From: Candidatus Sulfotelmatobacter sp.
GTDB taxonomy: Bacteria; Acidobacteriota; Terriglobia; Terriglobales; Acidobacteriaceae
DNA: 64,000 nucleotides
Reading direction: 5' to 3'
Assembly (NCBI GenBank): GCA_035266345.1
Contig: DATFNP010000042.1
Location: 9,660-73,659, forward strand
Both the position numbers and the translations under genes were made by a program. Shown piece by piece: positions 51,336 through 60,525 of the stretch. How positions within the stretch are numbered: the stretch's first letter is position 1; each line of letters opens with the position of its first letter. The notes under the pieces were generated by a model that searched no databases, had not been told where the DNA came from, and was given only the letters and a program-made list of their open reading frames with translations.

Positions 51336-52256
51336 ATGACGGACCTTCGCATGGCGCGTGTGCTGGTCAGTGGGGTTTCCGGGCCGATCGGAGCGGCGCT
51401 GCTTCCCTCGCTAAAATCGAGTGGGGCGCTGGTTGCGCGACTGGTGCGGGCTGGTTCGACACTTGGGCCCGCCGGAGGCGACGAACGGATTCCGTGGGAT
51501 CCGGCGCAGCCAATCTCTCCCGACGCGGTTTCCGGGTTCGATGCCGTGATTCACCTCGCTGGGGAAAGCATCGTCGGGCGGTGGAGTCCGGCGAAGAAAA
51601 CGAAGATTCGCGACAGCCGGGTCGTGGGCACTCGCAACCTGGCGCACGCTTTGGCGCAGGCAAAAGATAAACCGCGGGTGTTCGTCTGCAGTTCGGCGAT
51701 CGGGTATTACGGCGACCGTGGCGACGAGGTTTTGCGCGAAGAAAGCGCAGCGGGTACAGGATTCCTTCCCGAAGTCTGCCGCGAGTGGGAGGCGGCGACG
51801 CGGCCGGCAGCCGATGCCGGCATCCGCACCGTGCAACTCCGCACCGGGGTTGTTCTCAGCCCCAAGGGCGGCGCGCTCGGAAAGATGCTCATGCCGTTCA
51901 AACTGGGGGTCGGCGGCAGGATCGGAAACGGGCGGCAGTGGATGAGCTGGATTGATGTGCAGGACATGGTGGGCGCGATTCATCACATCCTGAAAACCGA
52001 TCTGCTGCAAGGCCCCGTGAATATGGTCGCGCCCAAGCCTGTGACCAACTCCGATTTCACGAACACGCTGGCCGGCGTGCTCTCGCGTCCGGCCATCTTT
52101 CCCGTGCCCGCCTTCGCCGTGAAACTGGCTTTCGGCGAAATGGGAGAGACGGTATTGTTGGGCAGCCAGCGCGTCGAACCGGCACAATTGGTCGGTTCCG
52201 GTTACCCCTTCTGTTTCCGCGATTTGCGAGCCTCGCTCGATAACCTTCTGAAGTAA
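51336..52256 (+). CDS. TIGR01777/YfcH-type NAD-dependent epimerase family protein (DUF1731 C-terminus)
   Basis: VLVSGVSGPIGAAL Rossmann motif. RVVGTRNLA. C-terminal LGSQRVEPAQL..GYPFCF. Confidence 0.85.
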   Translation: MTDLRMARVLVSGVSGPIGAALLPSLKSSGALVARLVRAGSTLGPAGGDERIPWDPAQPISPDAVSGFDAVIHLAGESIVGRWSPAKKTKIRDSRVVGTRNLAHALAQAKDKPRVFVCSSAIGYYGDRGDEVLREESAAGTGFLPEVCREWEAATRPAADAGIRTVQLRTGVVLSPKGGALGKMLMPFKLGVGGRIGNGRQWMSWIDVQDMVGAIHHILKTDLLQGPVNMVAPKPVTNSDFTNTLAGVLSRPAIFPVPAFAVKLAFGEMGETVLLGSQRVEPAQLVGSGYPFCFRDLRASLDNLLK

Positions 52257-52361
52257 AGCGCCGAGGTACAGAGCAAGCGTTACAGAGCAATGTGACGGAG
52301 ATCACATACTTCCACCGCTAACTCTTGTCAACATGCATCGTCTACAGTTGTGGGACTGAGA

Positions 52362-52775
52362 ATGAGAAACAGACTCATCGCCGCCATTGTACTGGCCTCG
52401 CTGGCATGCGGGAACCTCCCGCTGGCCCTGGCGGTTTCCCATCGGTCTCCATCGCAGGAACTCGCTTCGCACTCTCATTCCCGCACGCAAGATCATTCCT
52501 GCTGTCCCAGAGTTCAGCCTCAGTTTGTGCCTTCAGGTTTTGCGAGAGTTATTCCCGGCATGCCATGCGGCGACGAGCATGCGTGCTGCACAAAGCAATT
52601 GCCCGGCAATACGCCCTCCCTGCCCGCATCCACTCGGATTCAACGGCCCGGCTCACAAGGTTTGACCGTGACCGCTCACGCCCAGGGTAGAAACAGCCTT
52701 GGGTCGATTTCGAGAACTGCGGGCGGCGATCCCATCCAATTTCACTCCGTGCGAAGTACGGTTCTCCGTATCTGA
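52362..52775 (+). CDS. Hypothetical secreted Cys/His-containing protein
   Basis: Signal peptide MRNRLIAAIVLASLACGNLPLALA. HSCCP and HACCT motifs. Lies upstream of the Cys-rich gene in the same orientation. Confidence 0.45.
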   Translation: MRNRLIAAIVLASLACGNLPLALAVSHRSPSQELASHSHSRTQDHSCCPRVQPQFVPSGFARVIPGMPCGDEHACCTKQLPGNTPSLPASTRIQRPGSQGLTVTAHAQGRNSLGSISRTAGGDPIQFHSVRSTVLRI

Positions 52776-52911
52776 GTTCTGCGCTCGCGCCCGAGGCGCA
52801 TTCCCTACCACAAAGCAGGCTGTTCTTGCTGGATTCGATGCCAGCCTGCTTTCGCGGCGTGCGCAAGCCCGCGAGATGAATTCAACCAAAAATTACGGAG
52901 ACTTGAAAATT

Positions 52912-53398
52912 ATGAAACACAAGATGATCGCCCTTATCCTGGCCCTGACCGTCATGTCCTGGGCCCAAACTACAACTCAAACCTCCCCAACCACGCCACA
53001 ACAGAGCACCACGCCTGCGGAAAAAGGTAAGTGTCCATGCTGTGACAAGATGTCCACAGCCGACGCCAAAGAAGGTCCTGCCTGCTGTGCGCATCACGCC
53101 GACAACGGCGCAGCCGGCAAGGAAGTAGCCTCATGCTGCACGGGTGAAGGTGCGAAGTCCTGCTGCGGCGGCAAAGACGCGAAATCCTGCATGCGGAACG
53201 GCAAGGACAAGGCCGCGTGCTGCTCGGATTGCAAGGATAAAACTGCAGCCGCCTGCTGCGCGGGCCTGCGGCAAAGAATGCGGCAAGAGTTGCTGCTCTT
53301 CGGCGAAAAACCACGAAAAGTCCGCGTCGAAATGCTGCGCTCACGAACTGCGAGCCGCCAACGAACTGCCCCATGGCTTCTCAGCATTCGGAAGGTAG
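52912..53398 (+). CDS. Secreted Cys-rich (CC-repeat) putative metal-binding protein. A continuous reading requires skipping 1 nt near 53261-53267.
   Basis: GGAG precedes the ATG at 52912. Signal peptide MKHKMIALILALTVMSWA. Cys motifs CPCC, ACC, SCC, SCCGG, ACCSDC, ACC in frame 0, then CGKECGKSCCSSAKNHEKSASKCC in frame +1, which ends at 53398 just before a strong terminator. Confidence 0.6.
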
Positions 53399-53413
53399 CA
53401 TGCGAAGTGCATA

Positions 53414-53441
53414 GGCCCCAGCTTTTGCTGGGGCCTTTTTT
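53414..53441 (+). terminator. Rho-independent terminator
   Basis: GGCCCCAGC-TTTT-GCTGGGGCC followed by TTTTTT. Confidence 0.8.
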
Positions 53442-53467
53442 CGATTCGGCGAATCACAGGAGTCCGA

Positions 53468-54067
53468 TTACTGGCTTAGCATCCCGTCCGGAGCACGCAC
53501 CGGCAGCGCGCAGACTGCTCCCTCGCTGAAATTTTCTCCCTCAATTCCGAAAGCATGATCGAACCGGGCGCGGTAATTTTCCCACGCGATCGCGGAGGTG
53601 AGTTCCACGAGTTCAGGCTCGGTGAATTGCTCGCGCAGGCGCGTGAACAACGCGTCCGGGATCTCCACCGGAGTCCGGGTCATGGCGTCGGCATACTCAA
53701 GGACCAGCCTATCCAGTTCGGAAAAGCTGAAATCGGAGCGGTAATGATTCAGATTGGCGATCTGCTCGGCCGAGATGCCGCTTGCCCTGCCCACGGCAGA
53801 GCCGATGTCAATTCAAAACGGGCACCCCACCAGGGTTGCAACGCGAAGCTGCGCCAACTCCTTCAGCTTGGAAGCGACCAGCTTGCTGCCCATCTGCGAT
53901 TGCTCCATCTGGCCATATCCCCACAAGACTCGGGGATGATGCGCGGTCACCTGGATGGGCATGATGACGTGGCCCAGCCGGCGCCGGGTCAAAGCGTAGA
54001 CCATCCCCACAAACAAGCGGCGGAGCAGACCACCCTGATTGCGGGGTGCGCCCGGGATGCGTGCCAT
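53468..54067 (-). CDS. Carboxymuconolactone decarboxylase/AhpD-family protein with in-frame TGA at the CxxC position (candidate selenoprotein, otherwise a nonsense pseudogene)
   Basis: ORFs 53813-54067 and 53468-53794 are in the same frame, separated by a single TGA (53813-53815). The joined sequence reads ..LRVATLVGCPF[TGA]IDIGSAVG.., matching the family pattern C-x-x-C-I-D-x-G-S. The total of 199 codons fits the family length. Confidence 0.7.
53784..53802 (-). promoter_or_regulatory. SECIS-like hairpin downstream of the in-frame UGA
   Basis: mRNA: UGA AUUGACAUCG GCUCUGCC-GUG-GGCAGGGC. An 8-bp stem (one G-U pair) starts 11 nt after the UGA, and the apical loop contains GU. Confidence 0.45.
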
Positions 54068-54092
54068 GGCGGACTCCTTATCAGAACTTGAT

Positions 54093-56327
54093 TCACTGCG
54101 GGTTGGGACGGTTCATTTCTTGCTGCAGTTTTTCGAGCAGCTGCGCCCGCTGCTCTGTGGTCAACTCCCGCTGCAGCTCTTCCAGGGCCAGGGCCACGAT
54201 GTGATAGTGGTGCGTACCTGCGAATCTGGGATCGGTGGTGATGTCGAGCCAGAGTTTGTGCATCAGTTCGACGTCCTGCGGGCGCATGCGCGGAGTGTGA
54301 GGTCCAAGGGCGTACTCGCGGGTGGTGCCGTCGGGGGCGCACACTTCCAGGACCAGGCGCGGACGGGGCTCCGGCAGGCGCTCCCACGCGTCGCCGGTCA
54401 GCTTGGCCTGCTCATCGGAGGTGAGCTTGTTGGAAAGCCCGCAGACCACGCGGCTGGAATCCAGGCGCTGCGCCGTGACCACAATAGCCTCGAATACATC
54501 CGTCGCGGGCACAACCAGCAACGAGATGGGCTTGCCTTCCTTCTCGGCCACGGCGACGGCGGCAGTGAAGAGTTCCTGTTCGTAATGGTCGAACACCTGG
54601 CTGGCATCCAGGACCGCACTGCCACTGAAACTATGTTCGCGATGGTACAGGCGGGCGCTCATGACCACAACGTCCTGCTTGCCCGTGTGGGTGTGGCCCA
54701 GCACATGCCGCAGGTAGTAAAGATTGCGGGGATCGCGCACCGCCACCAGGACGTTGCCGGGCCGCACTCCCATGGCGCCGCTGCCCAATTCCTGGTTGCT
54801 GTAAACTCTGAACTCGTCGAGCTGCTCGGGCTTGCCGTGACGCTCCCGGGTGACGTGGCGCTCGGAAAGCGTAAAGATCGTGAAGAACACACCGCTGAAA
54901 ATCAGCCCCGCGATAGTCGCTTCATACTTGGTAAACAGGTTGACCACCGCCGTGATCAGCAGCACCGCGGAGATGAGGACCAGTCCCACCGGGATCTCGG
55001 TCTTGCCGATGTGCAGGTTGCCCGGCACCTTCCACTCCCGGTTCCCCGGTTCGGTGAAACGCAGAACGAGCACCGCCAGCGATTTCATGGCGAAGCTCCA
55101 AATCACTCCGAAGGCGTAGAGCGCTGCCAGCACGTACACGTTGCCCAGGCTGAGGAAAATAGTCAGCAACTGCATGCAGACGATCAAGTTGATGATGCGG
55201 AAGCTGGTGCCGTAACGATGGTGCGGCTTCTGGAACCAACTGGTCAGCACACCGTCTTCGGCCACGCGATTCAAGACGCCATTCGCGCCCACGATGGATG
55301 TGTTCTGGGCGCCCGCCAGAATCAGCACCCCCACCAGCACCACGAACCCGTGAAACAGCAGTTTCAGGCTGGTCGGCCCCACCAGGTACATGGCAATGCC
55401 GCCGATGAGGTTGGCGAAGTAATCGGGGCGGACGTTGTCCGGAATGATCATCACCGCGAAGAACGAAACCAGCGAGGTGAACAGCAGGCTGTAAATGAAA
55501 ATCACCAGCCCGGTTTTCTCCAGGTTCTTCAACTTGGGATGTTCGATTTCGCGGTTGACCTGGGCCAGGGTCTCTTCGCCGCTCATGGCCAGCACGGAGT
55601 GCCCGAAACCGACGAACAAAATGATCCACGTGATGTGGCCGAACCAGGTTCCGTTGAGCCAGCCGAGCGACTCTTTATTGAGCGGAATTACGCCTGCATG
55701 CAGCGGGTTCGGGGGCAACTGAACCGGCGCCCGCAAAACCGTGATCGTGCACCAGATGATCAGAATCACCACCATTACGGTGGTGATCGCCATGATCTGT
55801 AACGCCTTCTGGCTGGATTCGTGGATGCCCTGCGTGTTCTTCCACCAGAAATAGATCACGATGATGACGGCCAGTCCCGCGGCGAAGTGGTCGTCAGAGA
55901 AATTCAGCGGGCGGTGGAGGACTACCCCAATGTCCTTGATGAACCCCGCCAGGTATTGTCCGGCGGAGACCGCGCTTATGGGACCCGTCAGAACGTAGTC
56001 GAAGAGCAGGGCGGAGACCGAGAACTTGGCCAGCGTTCCGCCCATGGCTTCTTTGACCACACGGTAAACGCCACCGCGGACGAACATGCTGCTGGACTCG
56101 ATGTAGAGCGCCCGCACGGCATAGCTGAACAGCATGACCGCGAGGATGAACCAGGGCGCGCTCTTCCCGATCACCTTCTCGGCATCGCCGCCGGCGTAGT
56201 AGGCCGAGGAAGCCAGGTCCGACAGAACGATGGCGGAAGCACGCCAAAACGAGATAAAGGTCAGCATCACCGTGGTGGCGACGAAGACCTTTACTGCCGG
56301 TTTTGTACTTCCAGGGAATGTAGCCAT
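54093..56327 (-). CDS. APC-superfamily permease fused to a C-terminal cytoplasmic universal-stress-protein-like domain
   Basis: 744 aa. About 12 TM segments in the N-terminal ~480 aa. C-terminal NVLVAVRDPRNLYYLRHVL ... SLLVVPATDVFEAIVVTAQRL is USP-like. Confidence 0.85.
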   Translation of the reverse strand: MATFPGSTKPAVKVFVATTVMLTFISFWRASAIVLSDLASSAYYAGGDAEKVIGKSAPWFILAVMLFSYAVRALYIESSSMFVRGGVYRVVKEAMGGTLAKFSVSALLFDYVLTGPISAVSAGQYLAGFIKDIGVVLHRPLNFSDDHFAAGLAVIIVIYFWWKNTQGIHESSQKALQIMAITTVMVVILIIWCTITVLRAPVQLPPNPLHAGVIPLNKESLGWLNGTWFGHITWIILFVGFGHSVLAMSGEETLAQVNREIEHPKLKNLEKTGLVIFIYSLLFTSLVSFFAVMIIPDNVRPDYFANLIGGIAMYLVGPTSLKLLFHGFVVLVGVLILAGAQNTSIVGANGVLNRVAEDGVLTSWFQKPHHRYGTSFRIINLIVCMQLLTIFLSLGNVYVLAALYAFGVIWSFAMKSLAVLVLRFTEPGNREWKVPGNLHIGKTEIPVGLVLISAVLLITAVVNLFTKYEATIAGLIFSGVFFTIFTLSERHVTRERHGKPEQLDEFRVYSNQELGSGAMGVRPGNVLVAVRDPRNLYYLRHVLGHTHTGKQDVVVMSARLYHREHSFSGSAVLDASQVFDHYEQELFTAAVAVAEKEGKPISLLVVPATDVFEAIVVTAQRLDSSRVVCGLSNKLTSDEQAKLTGDAWERLPEPRPRLVLEVCAPDGTTREYALGPHTPRMRPQDVELMHKLWLDITTDPRFAGTHHYHIVALALEELQRELTTEQRAQLLEKLQQEMNRPNPQ

Positions 56328-56421
56328 GCTTCCTATGAATGGCGGAAACCGCGATTAGGGCTAAACCTATTGAAGATAGCACAGGGAGCGGGGAGGAGAC
56401 CTCTCCCGATGCATGAAGATC

Positions 56422-57717
56422 TTAGGCGGAAGTTTTCGAGTGGCCAGATGTCTGGCCCTTCGGCGCAAGATAGGTGTGGGTGATGCGGTCGTGCCAGCAC
56501 AAGCCGTCTTCGTCCAGAAAGACCCAGAGATATCCCATCCCGAGGGAAGCCGCTGACAGATACGAAGCAAGCACGCGCCAGCGGCGCAAAGAGCGGCTGG
56601 GCCGGATGCCATCAAAACGGGCCAGTTCGAGGCCGGCGGCCCGGAGGCCCGGCGTGCTGGTCGCGTAGACGATGAGCAGGTACTGGTACGCCCCCCAGCA
56701 CAGGCAGGGGATTGCCGCGGCCAGGCCCAGAATCTGAATCAGTGGCGGACGAATCCCCGTGCCCTTCCAGAAAATGCCGCCGAACAAGCCTGCGGCCGCG
56801 GCGATAATCAACCCATCAGCTGCGCCAGCGAGCACACGCCGCGCCAGCGATGCACCTTGCAGAGGAAAGTCAATGCCGGGCCGCTTTTCAGCTTTCTGGC
56901 GCTCGGCCGCTTCGATCATGATCCCGCCCAGCGCTGGCGGCGGAGGTGCGGCCTCCGGGACTTCCAGGATTCGGGGACGATCCATAACCGGCTCCGCCAG
57001 TTGATCGTCTGGGGGCGGCGGGGGGCCCCAGGCCAACCGCGGAAATTCCAGAATCTTTGCCCCGGAACGTTCAACCGGGGTGGTCTCGGCCTGCGGTACA
57101 GTCGGCGAAGCTTCCGGCCTCGGCTGGGCATCGCTGCTTGCGGCGGCGGGCATCTCTCTCATCCCATCGAGCGCCAGCGCCTGGTCTGAGAGTGGCTCGA
57201 ATTTAGGGAAAGACGAAACCGTGGAGGACGCCGAACCTCCGGAAGATTCAACCGCGTCGAACTGCAGCAGTAGGGACGGGTATCGGGGCGGACGGATCTT
57301 GCGGCGGGCGCGGTAACGGCTGAGCCGCTCCGAGAGTTCATTGCGCCAGGCATAGGTATCCGGTTCGCTGGCAGAGCCCGGTGTGGGCGCCGCGGCGGGT
57401 GCCAATTCCTCCTGCGAAGCAGCGGCCGTCGCCAAAGTGGTGGTGGGCATACCCTCGACCGCTTCAATCGCTTCAGGATCAGGCTCGGGTTCAAGTTCTG
57501 CCAGGGCATCCAGGCTGGCCGTAAAGCGCTCTTCGCTCAGGTCGGGAGCCTCGGGATCAACCAACTCCGCCCCTGCCGTTACCTGCCGGTTCGAGAGAAA
57601 CGACGGCTCAGGCGCAGGGGCGTTCCCTGCGTCAGGCCTCCACCTCGGCGAAGGGGGAGGGGGCTCCGAATGGCAAAGGCAAACCTCACCGCACCGCGGA
57701 CAAATCATCACACCCAT
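56422..57717 (-). CDS. RDD-family membrane protein with N-terminal zinc-ribbon and Pro/Ala/Glu-rich linker
   Basis: MICPRCGEVCLC at the N-terminus. The C-terminal RDD-like region is RRVLAGAADGLII..YLWVFLDEDGLCWHDRITHTYL. Confidence 0.8.
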   Translation of the reverse strand: MGVMICPRCGEVCLCHSEPPPPSPRWRPDAGNAPAPEPSFLSNRQVTAGAELVDPEAPDLSEERFTASLDALAELEPEPDPEAIEAVEGMPTTTLATAAASQEELAPAAAPTPGSASEPDTYAWRNELSERLSRYRARRKIRPPRYPSLLLQFDAVESSGGSASSTVSSFPKFEPLSDQALALDGMREMPAAASSDAQPRPEASPTVPQAETTPVERSGAKILEFPRLAWGPPPPPDDQLAEPVMDRPRILEVPEAAPPPPALGGIMIEAAERQKAEKRPGIDFPLQGASLARRVLAGAADGLIIAAAAGLFGGIFWKGTGIRPPLIQILGLAAAIPCLCWGAYQYLLIVYATSTPGLRAAGLELARFDGIRPSRSLRRWRVLASYLSAASLGMGYLWVFLDEDGLCWHDRITHTYLAPKGQTSGHSKTSA

Positions 57718-57916
57718 TCTTGTGAAATCATGACAGTCACTACGCAACGGGCAACCGGAGGCGGCCCAACGGGAATCCTAGCCTGGTTCGCCACTTTGCC
57801 TTGCAGGCAGCGCCGTGCTAAGTTCACGATGCCGCGGCAGAAGCGCCGAAAGGGACAGGTTCGCTTTCCATGAGCGATCGTCTTCCGTTGATTTTCTTCC
57901 GATGGTCTTCTTTCCG

Positions 57917-60502
57917 ATGACCCTTCGCACTAGATTCCTTATCACGGCGCTCTTTCTTTGTCATCAGCTTCTCACTCCTGCGCTAGTAACCAGCCAGTTG
58001 CTTGCGGGAGTTTCCGCTCCATCTGGCCCACAGGGTCAGCAGAAAACGGTGGGCCCCCCGTCGAGTACGCCTTGTGCCAGTCAGGCGACCGCTCCGAACT
58101 CAGACGCGACCATCATCTGCGCCATCCAGCAGGAAAAGGACGGGGGCATCTACAAACTGCACGGAGAGGCGGAGATTCACTACCGCAGCTACGTCCTCCG
58201 TGCCGATGAAGCCACCTATGACTCGGACAGCGGCCTGGCCACTGCCTCCGGACATTTCACGCTCGACGGCGGCCCCAACGACGACCACATCAAAGCCAGC
58301 CACGGGACTTACAATCTGACCGCCGAGACCGGCCGCTTCTACGACGTAACCGGGACCACCGGCATTCGCTTTGAGGGCAACACGGGAGTGCTGACCTCAA
58401 CGGCCCCCTTTGCCTTCACTGGCAAGGTTGTCGAGAAAACTAGCCCCGACCACTACCTGGTTTACGACGGCACGATCACCACGTGCGAACTCCCCCATCC
58501 AAAGTGGCAGTTCCGGACTCATGAAGCAGTTGTGGATGTGGGCGGCAATGCCCAGATTTATCACAGCACGTTCTGGCTGCACGGTTTCCCGGTTTTCTAC
58601 TTTCCCTATGCCACTCATCCCGTGGAGCGGGAGGCCAGGCAGACGGGATTTCTGATCCCGACGGCTGGCCAGTCCTCGATCAAGGGCACCATCGTCGGCG
58701 ACGCCTTCTATTGGGCCATCAACCGCAGCATGGATGGAACTGTGGGCGCCGAATATTTTTCCAAGCGCGGTTGGTCGCAAAGAGGAGAGTTCCGGGCGCG
58801 CCCCACCGAAACGTCTTATGTTGACCTGAACTACTTCGGCGTCACCGATCGCGGCACCGTGATTAACGTTCCCTGCGTCGGCGCTCCCACCACTACCTGC
58901 CCGCAACTGCTGCGGGAAGGCGGCCAAGATGCACGGCTGGCCGCGGAAGGCAACTATCACGGCTTCCGGGCTGTCTCCAATATTGATTACCTGAGTTCCT
59001 TCCTGTTTCGGCTGGCCTTCAACGAGATTTTCACCCAGGCAGTGAACTCGGAGGTAAAGTCACAGGTATTCCTCGCGAAATCCTGGAACGGTTTCTACTT
59101 GAGCGGCATGGTCGAGCGCTACCAGAACTTCTTTCAAACCACCAACACCGATGGCACGCTCACCAATCCGCCGGTTTTCGACGCCATCAAGATTTTGCAC
59201 ACTCCCAGCTTCGACGCCTCTAGCGTGGAGCGGGCCGTGGGCCGGACGCCATTCTTCTGGTCATTTGACGCGTCGCTCGGCGGTCTGGGCCGCGGCGAAC
59301 CCGGTTTCCGCACCGGAAGTCTGGGGCGCTTTGAGGTCAACCCGGAAATTTCCCTCCCTTTGCAGTTTCATGGATGGTCCCTCCGTCCGGCTGTAGGTCT
59401 GCGGGAAACCTACTACACGCAACGCCTGGTGAACGGACTCGCGGTGGAGGACGGAACCAACCGCCAGGCCCTGGAAGCCTCGGTGGAACTGCGGCCTCCG
59501 GTACTGGAGAAAGTATTCGACAAGGAATTTCTGGGACGAAAATGGAAGCACGTGATCGAACCGCGCGCTGTTTATCGCCTGGTCACAGGCGTGAACGATT
59601 TCGCCCAGGTCCTCGAATTCGACGATCGCGATATTTTGAGCAACACGCACGAGATCGAGTACGGCTTTGTGACCCGTCTCTATGCGAAGCGCACGTCGGC
59701 GCAGACCCAGTCGTTACAAACTCAGGGGTGCGAGACCTCCATGACCGGCCTTGCAGTCGGCGCCGCGGCTCCGGAACAGATCGTGCCCTGGCGGCGCTCC
59801 ACCCTCTTGGAAAATCAGCCCTGCGTTCCAGGCCCCGAAGTGAAGGAAATCGCCACCTGGGAGCTGGCGCAAAAATATTTCCTCGATCCGACCTTCGGCG
59901 GAGCACTGGTTTCCGGCCAGCGCAACGTCTTTACCACCACGGAGGATCTGACCGGCATCGCTTTCCTCATCGAACCGCGGCATCTTTCGCCGGTCGTGTC
60001 CCGCCTGCGCGTCGCCACCAGCAGCCGCACCGATACCGAATGGGATCTCGATTACGACTTCCAGCTCAGCCGCATCAACTCCAGTACGCTGCTGGTCAAT
60101 TACAACCTAGGGCCATTTACCTTTGGCGGCGGAGACGCTTTTCTTCAGATTCCCCAAGCCCAGACGTCAGGCTCTGTGCCAAGCGAAGGCACCTGCAGCC
60201 CGGTTGCCACCACCACCCAGGTGACCTGTAAATTCCAGCAATTTCGCGTGGCGCTGGGATACGGCGGCTTGAACCGGCGTGGATTCAGCGTGGCCAGCAG
60301 CTTCGGCTTTGATGCCGAAGTCCGGCAATTGCAGTTCGCCACCGCACAGACCACCTACAACTGGGACTGCTGCGGCGTCACCCTCGAATACCGCCGCTAC
60401 GCCATCGCCAACGTGCGGAATGAGAATCTGTTCCGCTTTACCTTCACGCTGGCCAATATCGGTTCGTTCGGGAACCTGCGGCGGCAGGAGCGGCTGTACT
60501 AG
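57917..60502 (+). CDS. lptD: LPS-assembly protein LptD
   Basis: OstA-like N-terminal domain (IYKLHGEAEIHYRSYVLRADEATYDSDSG..GHFTLDGG) followed by a large beta-barrel. Start at the internal Met with a signal peptide (MTLRTRFLITALFL). Confidence 0.88.
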   Translation: MTLRTRFLITALFLCHQLLTPALVTSQLLAGVSAPSGPQGQQKTVGPPSSTPCASQATAPNSDATIICAIQQEKDGGIYKLHGEAEIHYRSYVLRADEATYDSDSGLATASGHFTLDGGPNDDHIKASHGTYNLTAETGRFYDVTGTTGIRFEGNTGVLTSTAPFAFTGKVVEKTSPDHYLVYDGTITTCELPHPKWQFRTHEAVVDVGGNAQIYHSTFWLHGFPVFYFPYATHPVEREARQTGFLIPTAGQSSIKGTIVGDAFYWAINRSMDGTVGAEYFSKRGWSQRGEFRARPTETSYVDLNYFGVTDRGTVINVPCVGAPTTTCPQLLREGGQDARLAAEGNYHGFRAVSNIDYLSSFLFRLAFNEIFTQAVNSEVKSQVFLAKSWNGFYLSGMVERYQNFFQTTNTDGTLTNPPVFDAIKILHTPSFDASSVERAVGRTPFFWSFDASLGGLGRGEPGFRTGSLGRFEVNPEISLPLQFHGWSLRPAVGLRETYYTQRLVNGLAVEDGTNRQALEASVELRPPVLEKVFDKEFLGRKWKHVIEPRAVYRLVTGVNDFAQVLEFDDRDILSNTHEIEYGFVTRLYAKRTSAQTQSLQTQGCETSMTGLAVGAAAPEQIVPWRRSTLLENQPCVPGPEVKEIATWELAQKYFLDPTFGGALVSGQRNVFTTTEDLTGIAFLIEPRHLSPVVSRLRVATSSRTDTEWDLDYDFQLSRINSSTLLVNYNLGPFTFGGGDAFLQIPQAQTSGSVPSEGTCSPVATTTQVTCKFQQFRVALGYGGLNRRGFSVASSFGFDAEVRQLQFATAQTTYNWDCCGVTLEYRRYAIANVRNENLFRFTFTLANIGSFGNLRRQERLY

Positions 60503-60525
60503 CCGCCCCTGTTACCATACTCGGA

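Noticed and set aside
54039-55802. 587-aa plus-strand ORF
   Set aside because: It is antisense to the APC permease-USP gene. Its translation is Arg/Gly/His-rich and has no motifs.
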